20,980 bases of DNA from Prasinococcaceae sp. CCMP 1430 (GCA_013416795.1 RQSC01000012.1:141625-162604), one strand, 5' to 3'. Positions 1-10,165 are shown, counted from the stretch's first letter. Numbers and translations: made by a program. Notes: generated by a model from the sequence alone, not told the origin.

Positions 1-96
1 CACGGCGCGCCGAGCGCCGAGCGCCGCCTCGTCCTCGCGCGCCTGCAGCGCGCGCGCGAGCGCCTCGTCGTCGGCATGCGGCGCCGCGCCAGCCAT
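1..96 (-). CDS. Partial hypothetical protein running off the left edge, with a UIM-like acidic helix
   Basis: ATG at 96-94 on the minus strand gives MAGAAPHADDEALARALQAREDEAALGARRAV. DDEALARALQ resembles ubiquitin-interacting-motif helices. Only 32 codons are visible. Confidence 0.4.
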   Translation of the reverse strand, partial: MAGAAPHADDEALARALQAREDEAALGARRAV

Positions 97-110
97 GGCA
101 CGGCACCTTA

Positions 111-196
111 CCCCCCCCCCCCCCCCCCCCCCCCCGCCCCCCGTGGGGGCGCCGGGGCGCGAGCGAGTGGCGCACATCTCCACCACCACCACCACA

Positions 197-227
<31 letters not shown>

Positions 228-246
228 CACACACACATGCATGCAT

Positions 247-295
<49 letters not shown>

Positions 296-376
296 CCAAC
301 CACCGCCACCGCCACCGCCGCCGCCGCCGCTGCCACGGCCACCACCACCACCACCACCACCACCACCACCACCACG
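111..376. repeat. Compound simple repeat: poly-C, (CCA)n, (CA)n, (CCG)n
   Basis: C26 at 111-136, (CA)n at about 194-291, CCA/CCG triplets at about 292-375, read directly. Confidence 0.95.
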
Positions 377-438
377 AGCACGGGAGCGCACGAGGCAGCG
401 CCGGCAGCGCCAGCGCGACAGCTGTCAGGCGAAAGGCG

Positions 439-482
439 AACCCTATATCGGAACTTTAATAGAACCCTAAATGAAACCTTAA
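439..482. promoter_or_regulatory. Telo-box-like motif cluster in a divergent intergenic island
   Basis: AACCCTA (439-445), AACCCTAAA (463-471) and AAACCTTAA (474-482) resemble the plant telo-box AAACCCTA. The island lies between head-to-head genes. Confidence 0.4.
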
Positions 483-516
483 CCGGCGCGCGCTGGTGTG
501 TGTGCCATCACGGTAT

Positions 517-572
517 ACACACACGCACACACACACACACACGCACACACATGCACACACACGCACACACGC

Positions 573-625
<53 letters not shown>

Positions 626-632
626 CACGCAT

Positions 633-690
<58 letters not shown>
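517..690. repeat. Tripartite (CA)n-(TG)n-(CA)n microsatellite (self-complementary)
   Basis: CA-rich at 517-570, (TG)n at 574-624, short junction GACACGCATGTA, (CA)n at 635-690. Confidence 0.95.
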
Positions 691-692
<2 letters not shown>

Positions 693-869
693 CACCGGCG
701 GCGTGGCGGTATCAGATTTTTTGCCGGGAAATGGGTGCCAGTGCGAAGCGCTGTGGCTGCCAATGGCGTGGCAGTGGCGTGGGTGGGCGGCGCTGCCTGC
801 GCACGTCCTCGGCCCCTGCCCTCGCGACGTCGCCGCAGGGGAGTCCGCTGCCACACCGGTCGCGCGCAG

Positions 870-901
<32 letters not shown>

Positions 902-922
902 AGGGCGCTCAGCGTGGCACGC

Positions 923-1239
923 ATGGCGCGCGGCGCGGCAATGGCAACTGCTGCAGCGGCGAGGCATTTGGTGCGGGCGGCGGCGGGTGGGAGGGCGGCG
1001 AGCGCAGGCGGCGGAGGCACGCGCGCGAGCGCGAGCGCGTCGGCGTCGGCGTGGGCGTGGGGGCTGGCCAGCCCCTTCCCCGCGCTCAACGCCGCGCGGC
1101 GGGCGCACAACTTCAGCCCGGGGCCCGGCATGCTGCCCACGGCGGTCATGGAGCGAGCGCAGCGCGAGTTCATGGACTTTGCGGGCATGGGCATGGGCGT
1201 TATTGAGGTGAGGGACCGCATCGTGTGTCTCTGTTTGCC

Positions 1240-1296
<57 letters not shown>

Positions 1297-2521
1297 GTGC
1301 GTGTGCGTGCGTGCGTGTGCGTGCGTGTGTGTGTGTGCGTGTGTGCGTGTCTCTGTTTGTCTTTGTGTGTGTTCGTGCGTGCAAGTGTGTGTGTGTGTCG
1401 CTGACTCTTGCCCCTCCCCCCCAACTCCCTCGCGCGCTCGATTGATGCGCCGTCGCAAGGTGACCAACCTGGACGCGCTCGGCGCGTCCCATCCGGGCGT
1501 GGCCAAGCACCCCTTGCAGCAGATGATGCTCGACACCGAGCGCAAGCTGCGCGAGGCCCTCGACGTCCCCGAGAGCCACCGCGTGCTGTTCATGCACGGC
1601 GGCGCGGTGGGCCAGTTCTCGGCGGTGCCGCTCAACCTGCTCCCCGGCGGCGAGGCCGAGCCGGCCAGGGCCGACTACGTCCAAATGGGCTTCTGGACCC
1701 AGCGCGCCATGGCCGAGGCCGAGAAGTACTGCGACGTGCACGTGCCCGCCACCTTCGAGAAGGCCATCCTGCCCGTCAGCGAGTGGAGGGCGAACGTGCG
1801 CTCCGACGCGGCGTACGTCCACCTCTGCGCGAACGAGACCGTGCAGGGCATGGAGTACCACGACGACCCCGAGTGGGACGAGTCGCTCCCGCCGCTGGTG
1901 CTGGACGCCACGTCGACGCTGCTGAGCCGGCCGATGGACGTCGCGCGCTACGGCGTCGTCTACGCGAGCGGTGGCAAGAACCTGCCGGCCGGCGTCTGCG
2001 TGGTGATCGTGCGCGAGAGCCTGCTCAAGGAGCGCCAGGCCCACCCGCTGTGCCCCCAGATCATGGACTACCGCATGAACGGCGGCGGTCTGATGCCCTC
2101 GCCCAGCGTCTTCGAGTCGCGCCCCAACACGCCGCCGACCTTTGGGGTGTACATGCTCGGCCTCGTCTTGGACGACCTCAGGGACGCGAAGGGAGGCCTG
2201 CATGCGGTGCAGGAGTGGGTGACGGCGCGCGCGTCCCGCGTGTACGACGCCGTCGACAGCTCGGACGGCTATTACGTCAACACGGTCGACGCCTCGGCGC
2301 GCAGCAGGATGAACGTCGTGTTCAACATCGCGGGCGGCAAGGAGGTCGAGAGGCGCTTCGTCGCCGAGGCGGAGGCCGAGGGACTGTTCGCGCTCTTCGG
2401 ACATCCGATCGGCGGCGGCGTGCGCATCACGCTCTACAACGGCGTGCCCGACGCGGCGGTCGACGCCGTGATCGGCTTCATGCAGTCCTTCAAGGCTGCT
2501 AATAACTCGAGCGCCTCTTGA
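923..2521 (+). CDS. serC: Phosphoserine aminotransferase (SerC/PSAT)-like class V PLP aminotransferase, divergent active site, with transit-like N-terminus; exons 923-1207 and 1460-2521
   Basis: Family motifs [42 protein letters not shown] (PLP Lys), [22 protein letters not shown]. Intron GTGAGG(1208)...CGCAAG(1459) is filled with (TG)n and has CTGAC near 1402. Start is 923 or 941. The substrate may not be phosphoserine (see findings). Confidence 0.85.
1240..1397. repeat. (TG)n microsatellite inside the PSAT-like intron
   Basis: Imperfect TG/TGCG run, read directly. Confidence 0.95.
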
Positions 2522-2819
2522 GCGTGCTTCTCTATCACAGCGTCGCACCTGGCGATGAGGTGGCACGGGGTGTGGCGGAGGCGGGGAACGTTCGCGGCGG
2601 TACGTGCCGCGTGCGCCCGCGCGTGCCGGCGGCACTTAGCCGGCGATCGGCTCGAGGACTCGGACATATCCAATAACAGCGTGGTCATCGCTTCGTGCGA
2701 TAACGCACTTATTACGCCTCATTATCATTCATTCGGTGTGAAGCCTACCTACACGCGGTGCGCCGCTGCGCACGCGCTATGTGCGCGCCCGTGGCCCCGA
2801 CGAGCGCGTGGCTAGCTAG

Positions 2820-4120
2820 CTAGCTGGGGGCAGAGCCGCGCCCGCCGCCGTCGCGGGCGGCCACAAGCCGCTCGCACTCAAAGACGTCGTAGCCGAAAGC
2901 GACAAAGTCGAGCAGAAAGCGTCGGGCGATCACCCCGCAGGCTTCCATGTCGTACAGGGCCGACCATTGCGAGTGGTCCGAGGTCACGCAATCGCCGTCC
3001 TTTCGGCAATGTCCCCCGATCGAGTTCGCGCGAGTTGCCGAAGCGTGGGCGAGCAGCTCGTGAACGGCCGCGTCGTCGGCGGGGGGGCGCCATATCGGCG
3101 CCCCAAACGGCGCAGTCGCCGTGGGCGCACGGGACTCGACCGAGCCGCGGAGCGCTGCCTCGCTCGCGTTGCAGGCGATCCACTCCAGTCCCTCTTTGGA
3201 CATCCAGACCGCCGTCGATTCGTGGTCCTCGAGGCGCACAATGTGCTTCACCGCCCACCGCTTCTGGCCGCAGTCTGTGAGCCAGTAGAGCTGGGAGGTG
3301 TCGCCGCACCCGTTGTCGCGGCACATCGCATCGCACGCATGGTTGAGCCTCGTACTGATGACATTCTTCCACATGAAGCGCGGTGACAAGCCCGTCGCAC
3401 GTCGTCTGTCGTGCTCCTTCACCCACTCGCTGAAGGTCAGGTTGGTGAGGCATCCTGGCCATTTCACCCCTCCTGGGTCTTCCTGGCCAGGCTCGTGTTC
3501 GCACAGCCAGCGACGAAAGTCGTACTGGGACACGGCCCAGCTGTACGGGTTGCGGACTGTCGCGAAGGTTTCGGCGGCCGAGTAGGCCTCCGGCGACCTG
3601 TGCGCCTGCTCTACGGCGGTGTAGTGGTTCTGCCCGTGACTCTGCCCGTCCTTCTCAACGAAATACGTGCGCTCCTTGAGCACCGTCGAGCTCCTGATCG
3701 CTTTGAGGACGCTGCAGGCGGGGGAGATGTCAGACAGTCAGATATGGAGTAGCAACGCGGAGGAGTGTGCGAAGACACAGCGTCGGGCTGCGTACATGCC
3801 CTGCCACCACGCGCCTCCGCAGGGTCTCGCCGCCAGCCCCTCCCTCCCTTGAGCGCCGCGCGCGCCGGCGCTCACCTCGTCCCGCCGGTCTTTGGTATGT
3901 GCACGAAGCCGAGCGTGCGACATTCAGAGGGGTCGGCCGCGGCCGCGCGTCCTTCGTGCGCGCGGGCTCTAAACACCCCCTCCGAATGCGACTCGCGCGC
4001 ACGCAAGCCACCCGCCACCCGCTGCGACACCGACTGCTCGGCCCTCGCCGGAAACGACAGCGCGAGCGCCGCGACCGCCAGTGCCAGCGCTGCGATCGGT
4101 GCCCGGGCCGCCGTCGCCAT
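2820..4120 (-). CDS. Sulfotransferase, Sulfotransfer_2 / carbohydrate-sulfotransferase-like, with N-terminal signal or anchor; exons 4120-3876 and 3711-2820
   Basis: Splicing GTGAG(3875)...CTGCAG(3712) joins FVHIPKTGGT to SVLKAIRSS, giving the 5'-PSB motif HIPKTGGTS. The 3'-PB motif is FATVRNPYSWAVSQY. The N-terminus MATAARAPIAALALAVAALALSFPARA is hydrophobic. Confidence 0.85.
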
Positions 4121-4597
4121 GATGCGGCGCCCTCCCACGCGAGGCTGCTCGCAGCCCCGCCAGCTGGCACGCGAGCGTGCCTCGCTCGCCACTGTCACTA
4201 CTCTTCTAATTGGCCGCGGCACCGCGGCGGCAGGCGCCGACGCCGACGCCGGCGCGAGGACGCCCGCGCACTGGTGGCGCGCTGTGCGGCGCGCGCCGTG
4301 CGACGCGCGCCGTGTGGCGTGGCGCGTGGCGTTGCCCGCCAGCCATCAGTCAGTGCGCATGGCAAATTCCTACGTCAAATCGCATTGCGAATCGATCGCG
4401 GCCGCGCGCGGAAAAAAAACAAAAAATTATCCCGGCGCCGCAGCAGAGCGGGGCGCGGGGCGTGCCACACCGCGCGGGGGCGCAGGCGCCCCGCGCCGCG
4501 CGGCAGAGTGCGAGGGAAGGTCGGAGGCGGACGCGGGGGCGGGGAGGCGGATACCTCGCCTGATGGGCATGCCTGCGCCGCGAGGGCGGCGGCGGCG

Positions 4598-6623
4598 ATG
4601 GACTTCAGAGGCGGGGCGGCGATGCCGCTCGCGGCAAGAATGGCTGCGGCGAGCGAGGGGGCGCGGTCGGTGCGACCGACGAGGCTTCTGCCGCGGGCGC
4701 CGGGCGCAGCGATGCGATCATCGGCCTCAAGGAGGGCGTCAGCAGCTGGATCCGCTCGCCGGCGACCGCGATCGGCGACCGCGGCCTGCGCTGGGACCAC
4801 TTCGGAGGATCACAGCGCCACCGAGGCCTCGTCGCTGACGCCCGAGCAGCAGAAGCGCCTGGACAAGCTGCTCGACCTCGGCGTGTCTGCGAGGAAGCTC
4901 GAGCAGCAAGACACGCAGGGGCGCCTGCTCAAGCAGAGCTTCGAGCACGCGACCATGCCTACTTTTCTGAAGCTCCAAGAGCTCGGCATCTCCGACAACG
5001 CCATCTGCAGCTACCCTGACCTGCTGTGGAGTGACTTCGAAAACAACACACTTCCAATGTTCAGGAAGCTCCGCAAGCTTGGTACGCCCATCCCCGCGCT
5101 CGCGCCCCGCTCCCCACACGAGCACTCTCCCGCTAGCAGTGCGCGCGAGCCCGTCCGGGGGCAGGTCGCGCGGCGCGCCGCCCCACGCTGCGCGTGCGAT
5201 GCCCCTGGCTCGCCGCTGACGCGATGCAACGCCGTCAATGCACTTTGCCTCCTTACGCACATGTGCGCATCCGTCTGCGCTCGGCTGCGTGTGCGCCGAT
5301 CGCAGGCATATCTGCGAAGGCGATCAGTGCGTATCCGGAACTGCTGCTGTATAACGTCGACGAGTCGACGGTGGAGACTTGCGAGAGGCTCTACACCCTG
5401 GGGTCAGTGACGTGCGCGCCGCGCATGCGCGCTCGCCGTCATGATGTGCCTCGCTGACTGACGTTCGTTGCCGCTGCCGCGCGCTCGCGGTCGTGCAGCC
5501 TGTCCGCGAGGACCCTTTGCGCCTTCCCCGAGCTCCTTTGGCGCAGCTATGAGGACGACATCCTACCATCGTATGAGAAGCTGCAGGTGCGCCGGGCGCG
5601 CGCGCGCGCGCACGCATGTGCGCGCGCGCACGCTCATTCGCACGCACGTGCACACACCCGGGTGCGCTAACACATGCGCCCGCGCGGCAGGATCTGGGCC
5701 TCACCTCGAAAGCCATCTCTTCGCATCCTCGCCTTCTCATGCACAGTTTCGAGGACGTCATCCTCCCATCCTTCGAAGCGCTGTCGTCTCTCGGCATGAC
5801 CCCGCAGGCAATCTGCTCGTTTCCGCTCTTGCTCGGGGCCGACTTTGACGAGAACATCCTGCCCACTTTCCACAAGCTCCGCGGCCTGGGCCTGTCAGCC
5901 AGGGCAATCTGCTCGAACCCGCCCTTGCTCTGGTACAGCTTCGAGGACAGCACCTTGCCCAATTTCGACAAGTTGCGTGGCTTGGGGCTGTCCGCCAGGG
6001 CCATCTGCGCGAATCCGAGGCTGCTGGGGACGGGCTTCGAGGCCAAGACGCTCGGGACCTTCGAGAAGCTCGAGGAGCTCGGCATACCCAAGAAGTCCAT
6101 CTGCGCCAAGCCGCAGCTTTTGCTGAGCAACTTCGAGCACGCCACGCTGCCGACCTACGCGAAGCTGCGCGCGGAGCTCAGAATCCCCGAGGACGCGATC
6201 TGCGCGCACCCCGCGCTTCTCCTGGCGAGCTTCGAGGAGGACCTGATGCCACGCTTTGACAGGCTCGTTGACGAGCTGGGCATTCCTGCGGCGACGGTGC
6301 GCCAGCAGCCCGACCTGCTCATTCGTAGCTACGAGACCCTCGAGGCAAACGTGCTGGCCATGCGCGCGTACGGCCTCCCCGACGGCCTCGCCACCAAGCG
6401 CAGCTTGCTCGCGGCCAACCCCGACAGGGTGGCCACCAACCTGCGCTTCCTGGGCGAGGTCGTCGGGCTCTCGCCGGAGCGCGTGAATCAGACCATGCTG
6501 CTGTGCAAGCCTTGGCAGCTGGAGGAGCAGTGGGAGCGCAACGCGGCGGGCCGGGACGCGAGCGGCATGGGCCAGGCGGAGAGGGCCAAGGCGCTCAGGG
6601 GCGCCAGTCGGCTCAGGCGCTAG
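4598..6623 (+). CDS. mTERF-like helical repeat protein, probably organelle-targeted; exons 4598-5081, 5306-5402, 5499-5586, 5691-6623
   Basis: About 12-13 tandem ~32-aa repeats (LGxSxxAICxxPxLLxxxFExxxLPxFxKL). Three GT-AG introns restore a continuous repeat register. The N-terminus is rich in Arg/Ser/Ala. Alternative starts are 4622 and 4640. Confidence 0.75.
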
Positions 6624-7106
6624 CTCCTGGAGTTAGTGGAGTAGCAGCGCGCCGGCGCCACGAATGCGATTGAGGAGGAGGAGGAGGGCGAACCCAACGA
6701 CGACGCCCACTAACTTTTAGCGGACTCCGTACGCATCATGCGTCTCGCGCACTGCGCCCGCGCGACGCTCGCAGCGCAGGCGCTCCCGCCCCGCCCCGGC
6801 CGCCGCGCAGCGTGCCGGCACGCGCCTCGCTCGTACTCGACAGATTGGCGCAGCGCCGGCGCTCCCTGCCGCCCGCCGCGGCGCGGCGCGGCGCGCTACG
6901 CGCGCCCACGCACGAGCGCCCCGCGCGCCCTCGCTCCGCGAAGCTCAGCTCAGTCAGTGGGCTGTGTAGTGGGGCACCGCCACGCCGCGTCACGTGGCGT
7001 GCGCACACGGGCACCGTCCTAATTCACACTCAAGAAATCTGATCCCCTCGAATGCGTTCAATACTACTACACATGCAAGCACATGGTGTGCATGGTGTGC
7101 GTGAAT

Positions 7107-7107
<1 letters not shown>

Positions 7108-7198
<91 letters not shown>

Positions 7199-7199
7199 N

Positions 7200-7284
<85 letters not shown>
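7108..7284. repeat. Long (CA)n microsatellite containing a single N at 7199
   Basis: Read directly. True length is uncertain because of the N. Confidence 0.95.
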
Positions 7285-7286
<2 letters not shown>

Positions 7287-7849
7287 AGACAAAGACAACA
7301 ACAACTTCAACACGCTGCGATTGTGTGTGAAAAAAAATCTGCGTATACTTCGATGCGTTCCAACGACCCATAGTCGCGAAAGGTGGCAGCCTCGCGGCGC
7401 ACTCAGTGCATTTTGACGCGCCGACGTGGCGCTTCGCGCCACGTGTCGGCGGAAGTGCGCGCGCGCTGCCCCGCGGCGTGGCACGAAGGTGCCGCCTGCG
7501 CGCCGCTGCTGCACATGGTGGCGCGCGCGCGTCGCCGCGTGACGTTGACACTGCAACGTGTGTGGCGCGCGCCTGTGCGTGTGTGCGCTAGCCTGGAGCT
7601 GCGAAGGAGCTGCGGGGGTGCGTTGGGAGGGCGGGCGCAGCGACGGCGCGGGGTGCCACAGTGTGCACGTCGACAGGCTGCGCTCGGAGGCGCCGTTGTA
7701 CCGCCGGGAGACCTCATGCAGGCCGCGGAGTGCGGAGGAGGGCAGAGATGCGCATGCATCGCGGGCGCGCGGGCGCCGGCCGCGCGGAGGCTCCGCCGGC
7801 GCGCCCCGCCGCTAACCTTGACGCGGGGCCGCGGCGGCAGCGCGCTGAG

Positions 7850-8170
7850 ATGGCGGCGACCGGGGGCCGAGCCTCGCGCGGCGCGTGCGCGCTCCCCTCC
7901 CCCCGGCGCACCGTGCACATCACCGCGTGCGATGCCTCGGGCTCGTGCTGCAAGGCCAAGTACTACAGCATCGACGAATCGACCGGCCACTGCGGTGAGA
8001 GCTGCCACCGCCCGGAGCTCTTCTGGCTGTGGCGCATCTTCGAGCCCGGCATGCTGCGCGCGCACACGCCGACGCCGTGCCGCGACGCAGGCTTCGACAG
8101 ATACCTGATGACGCACACCCACGGACTCTGGCCACTGGCTGCGCGGGTGGACCACTATCACCGCGACTGA
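7850..8170 (+). CDS. Small Cys-rich hypothetical protein; 5' end uncertain, possibly with an upstream exon
   Basis: Frame reads CDASGSCCKAKYYSIDESTGHCGESCHRPELFWLWRIFEPGMLRAHTPTPCRDAGFDRYLMTHTHGLWPLAARVDHYHRD*, which is non-low-complexity and protein-like. GCTAAC (7811) and GGCAG (7840) upstream could be an intron 3' end. Confidence 0.6.
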   Translation: MAATGGRASRGACALPSPRRTVHITACDASGSCCKAKYYSIDESTGHCGESCHRPELFWLWRIFEPGMLRAHTPTPCRDAGFDRYLMTHTHGLWPLAARVDHYHRD

Positions 8171-8549
8171 CTGTATGAGAGAGAGAGAGAGAGAGGCCCA
8201 CGCTCGCACGAGCGAGGACTTCCAACCATGCACGCAACCACTCACAGTCTCACACCTTGCAAGCACGGTTGCATCAATAGCATCACGAACGCACTGCAAG
8301 CACGCAATGCATGCCCCCGCGACGAGTCGGACACGGCGCCGCAGCCCGCAGGCATACGTACGACGCGGCCACCGACCCCTAGCGACGGAGAGCACCAAGG
8401 ATCGACTTTCATTCTTGCATGAGCACATGCATGCGAGCGCACATCGATGCGCATACTTGCGCGCGCGCATTCGCACGCGCATCGACACGAAGGAAGGTTA
8501 CGCACATGAGCATCGAACATTTTTCCATCCAGCGTCGCCATGCACGGTC

Positions 8550-9339
8550 TCACGCGTAGCAGCTCGTGTAGCACCCGTATGCGACGCGGGCCTTCTTCTT
8601 GTTGTCCTTGGAGCCCGTTGTGACGGCTTCCGGGATGTCATCCTCGAAGCAGAAGCGCCCGTCGTTTTTCTCGACGGTGAGCACCTCCAGCGACTCGAGC
8701 TCGGCCAGCGCGCCCACGGGCTGCGGGCCCTGTTGTGGCGCACATCGAGGCACACGCGAGCGTCGTGCGCAAGCGCCGGGTCAGCGCGCCACAGAACAGG
8801 CCTCGAGCGAGGATCGAGCGCAACATCAATAGTTGCGAGTTCAGCGCACGCCTTTCAGTTGGCCGCACCTGAAGCTCGTTCTTGTCGAGCTCGAGCACCT
8901 TGAGCTCCGAGAGGCCCCGCAGCTCTTGCGCGTCGAGCCTGGTGAGCGCGTTGCCTTTCAGGCTGAGCTTCTTCTTGACTGGCACGCCCGCTAGGGCGTC
9001 GCCGAGAATCTCGATGCCCAGCCAGTCGAGCTTGAGATTGTTGCATCCGCCGCCGCATGGGAGGTCATCCTTCTTGTTGTCCTTCTTGTTCTTCTTCTTG
9101 TCGCTCGCCGCCGGGCCCACCTGCTGCTTCGCCAGGGCGCCAGCCTCGGACGCGTCCTCGCGCCTGAGCCCCATCGAACCATCCGACCGCTCGTCGACGT
9201 AGAACGCGCACGTGCCGCACGCCGCCACCGGCAGTGGCAGGTCGGCCACGAAGGCGCCGCCGGCGGCGAAGCCGTCGTCCGCTGGCGATGGCGCGGGCGC
9301 GACCGCAGCAGCGATCCGCGTCGGCGCCGCCGCGAGCAT
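8550..9339 (-). CDS. Small leucine-rich repeat protein; exons 9339-8869 and 8729-8550
   Basis: LRR units KKLSLKGNALTRL, LKVLELDKNELQ and LEVLTVEKN follow a Cys-containing N-cap (LPCGGGCNNLKL). Intron is GTGCGG(8868)...AACAG(8730), phase 0. The start codon is uncertain. Confidence 0.65.
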
Positions 9340-9650
9340 GCGGCGGCGGCGGCGGCCGAGGCCCGGGTGGCAAGGGCCCACCGGCGCGTCAGCGGGCGCA
9401 TCGCAGCGGGTGGGTGGGCGGGGTGGAGCGCCAGGCGCGCAGCGTATGGTGCCCCTCCGGCGCCGGCGCCGAAGGGGCAGTCATCGCCACCGGCCGGCCC
9501 GCCATGAAAGCGCCCAAATTACCCACGGGAGAGTATTTGCTTCGCCAATTCGAATGAGACGTCGCTCCGCTCAACGTTGTGCAGCACTCATGAGCGCCTC
9601 AGGCAGCACTCAGCATCGGCCATCGAAAGGCGCGAGGCGCCAGACGCTGC

Positions 9651-9703
<53 letters not shown>

Positions 9704-9711
9704 CACGTGTG

Positions 9712-9761
<50 letters not shown>

Positions 9762-9855
9762 CGTGCGTGCGCTTGTGTGTGTGTGTGTGTGTGCGCGCGC
9801 GCGCGTGTGTGTGTGCACGTGTGTGTGTGTGTGCACGTGTGTCTGTGTGTGTGTG
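9651..9855. repeat. Tripartite (TG)n-(CA)n-(TG)n microsatellite (self-complementary)
   Basis: (TG)n at 9651-9712, (CA)n at 9713-9760, TG-rich at 9774-9855. Confidence 0.95.
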
Positions 9856-10165
9856 AAGCAGCGCAAATACTGCTGACCGACAAGTCAGGCGGTCACTGTT
9901 CATCAACACTGCTTCAATATGCTTCGTAGTGCCAATGGCGACGCACGCATCCCCCCTCGCCCTCGCCGTGCGTGTGGCCACCGCTGCGTCCGCTGGCATG
10001 CGCCACAGCACACGCACGCGCACGCGCACGCGCACCGCGCGCACCGGCACGCGTCGTCGCTGGCAATCGCCCCCTCGCGAACGTGTTCGTCGCTGCGGAG
10101 GAGCGGCACCTCGCGCGCCGCGGCGGCGCGGAAGACCNCGCGCCGCCTGCGAGGCTCGAGCGAGC

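Noticed and set aside
76-893. HT/VC-repeat ORFs here and at 7030-7416, 9577-9929, 18297-18768 and 18749-20537
   Set aside because: They are translations of (CA)n/(TG)n microsatellites and N runs.
692-2635. 647-aa minus-strand ORF and other long antisense or alternative-frame ORFs (1408-2502, 9914-11017, 14170-15489, most of 14232-16730)
   Set aside because: These are shadows of real GC3-rich genes; the translations are Arg/Ala/Gly-rich with no motifs. Only the 15693-15878 bestrophin part of the 832-aa ORF is genuine.
4380-4440. E2F-like site (GCGCGGAAAA) in the sulfotransferase/mTERF divergent promoter
   Set aside because: It does not match the TTTSSCGC consensus exactly, and short GC/A-run motifs are expected by chance.
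6624-7849. Short ORFs between the mTERF-like gene and the small Cys-rich gene (e.g. 6738-7022, 7383-8108)
   Set aside because: Low-complexity Arg/Ala/Pro translations with no motif and no consistent splice model.
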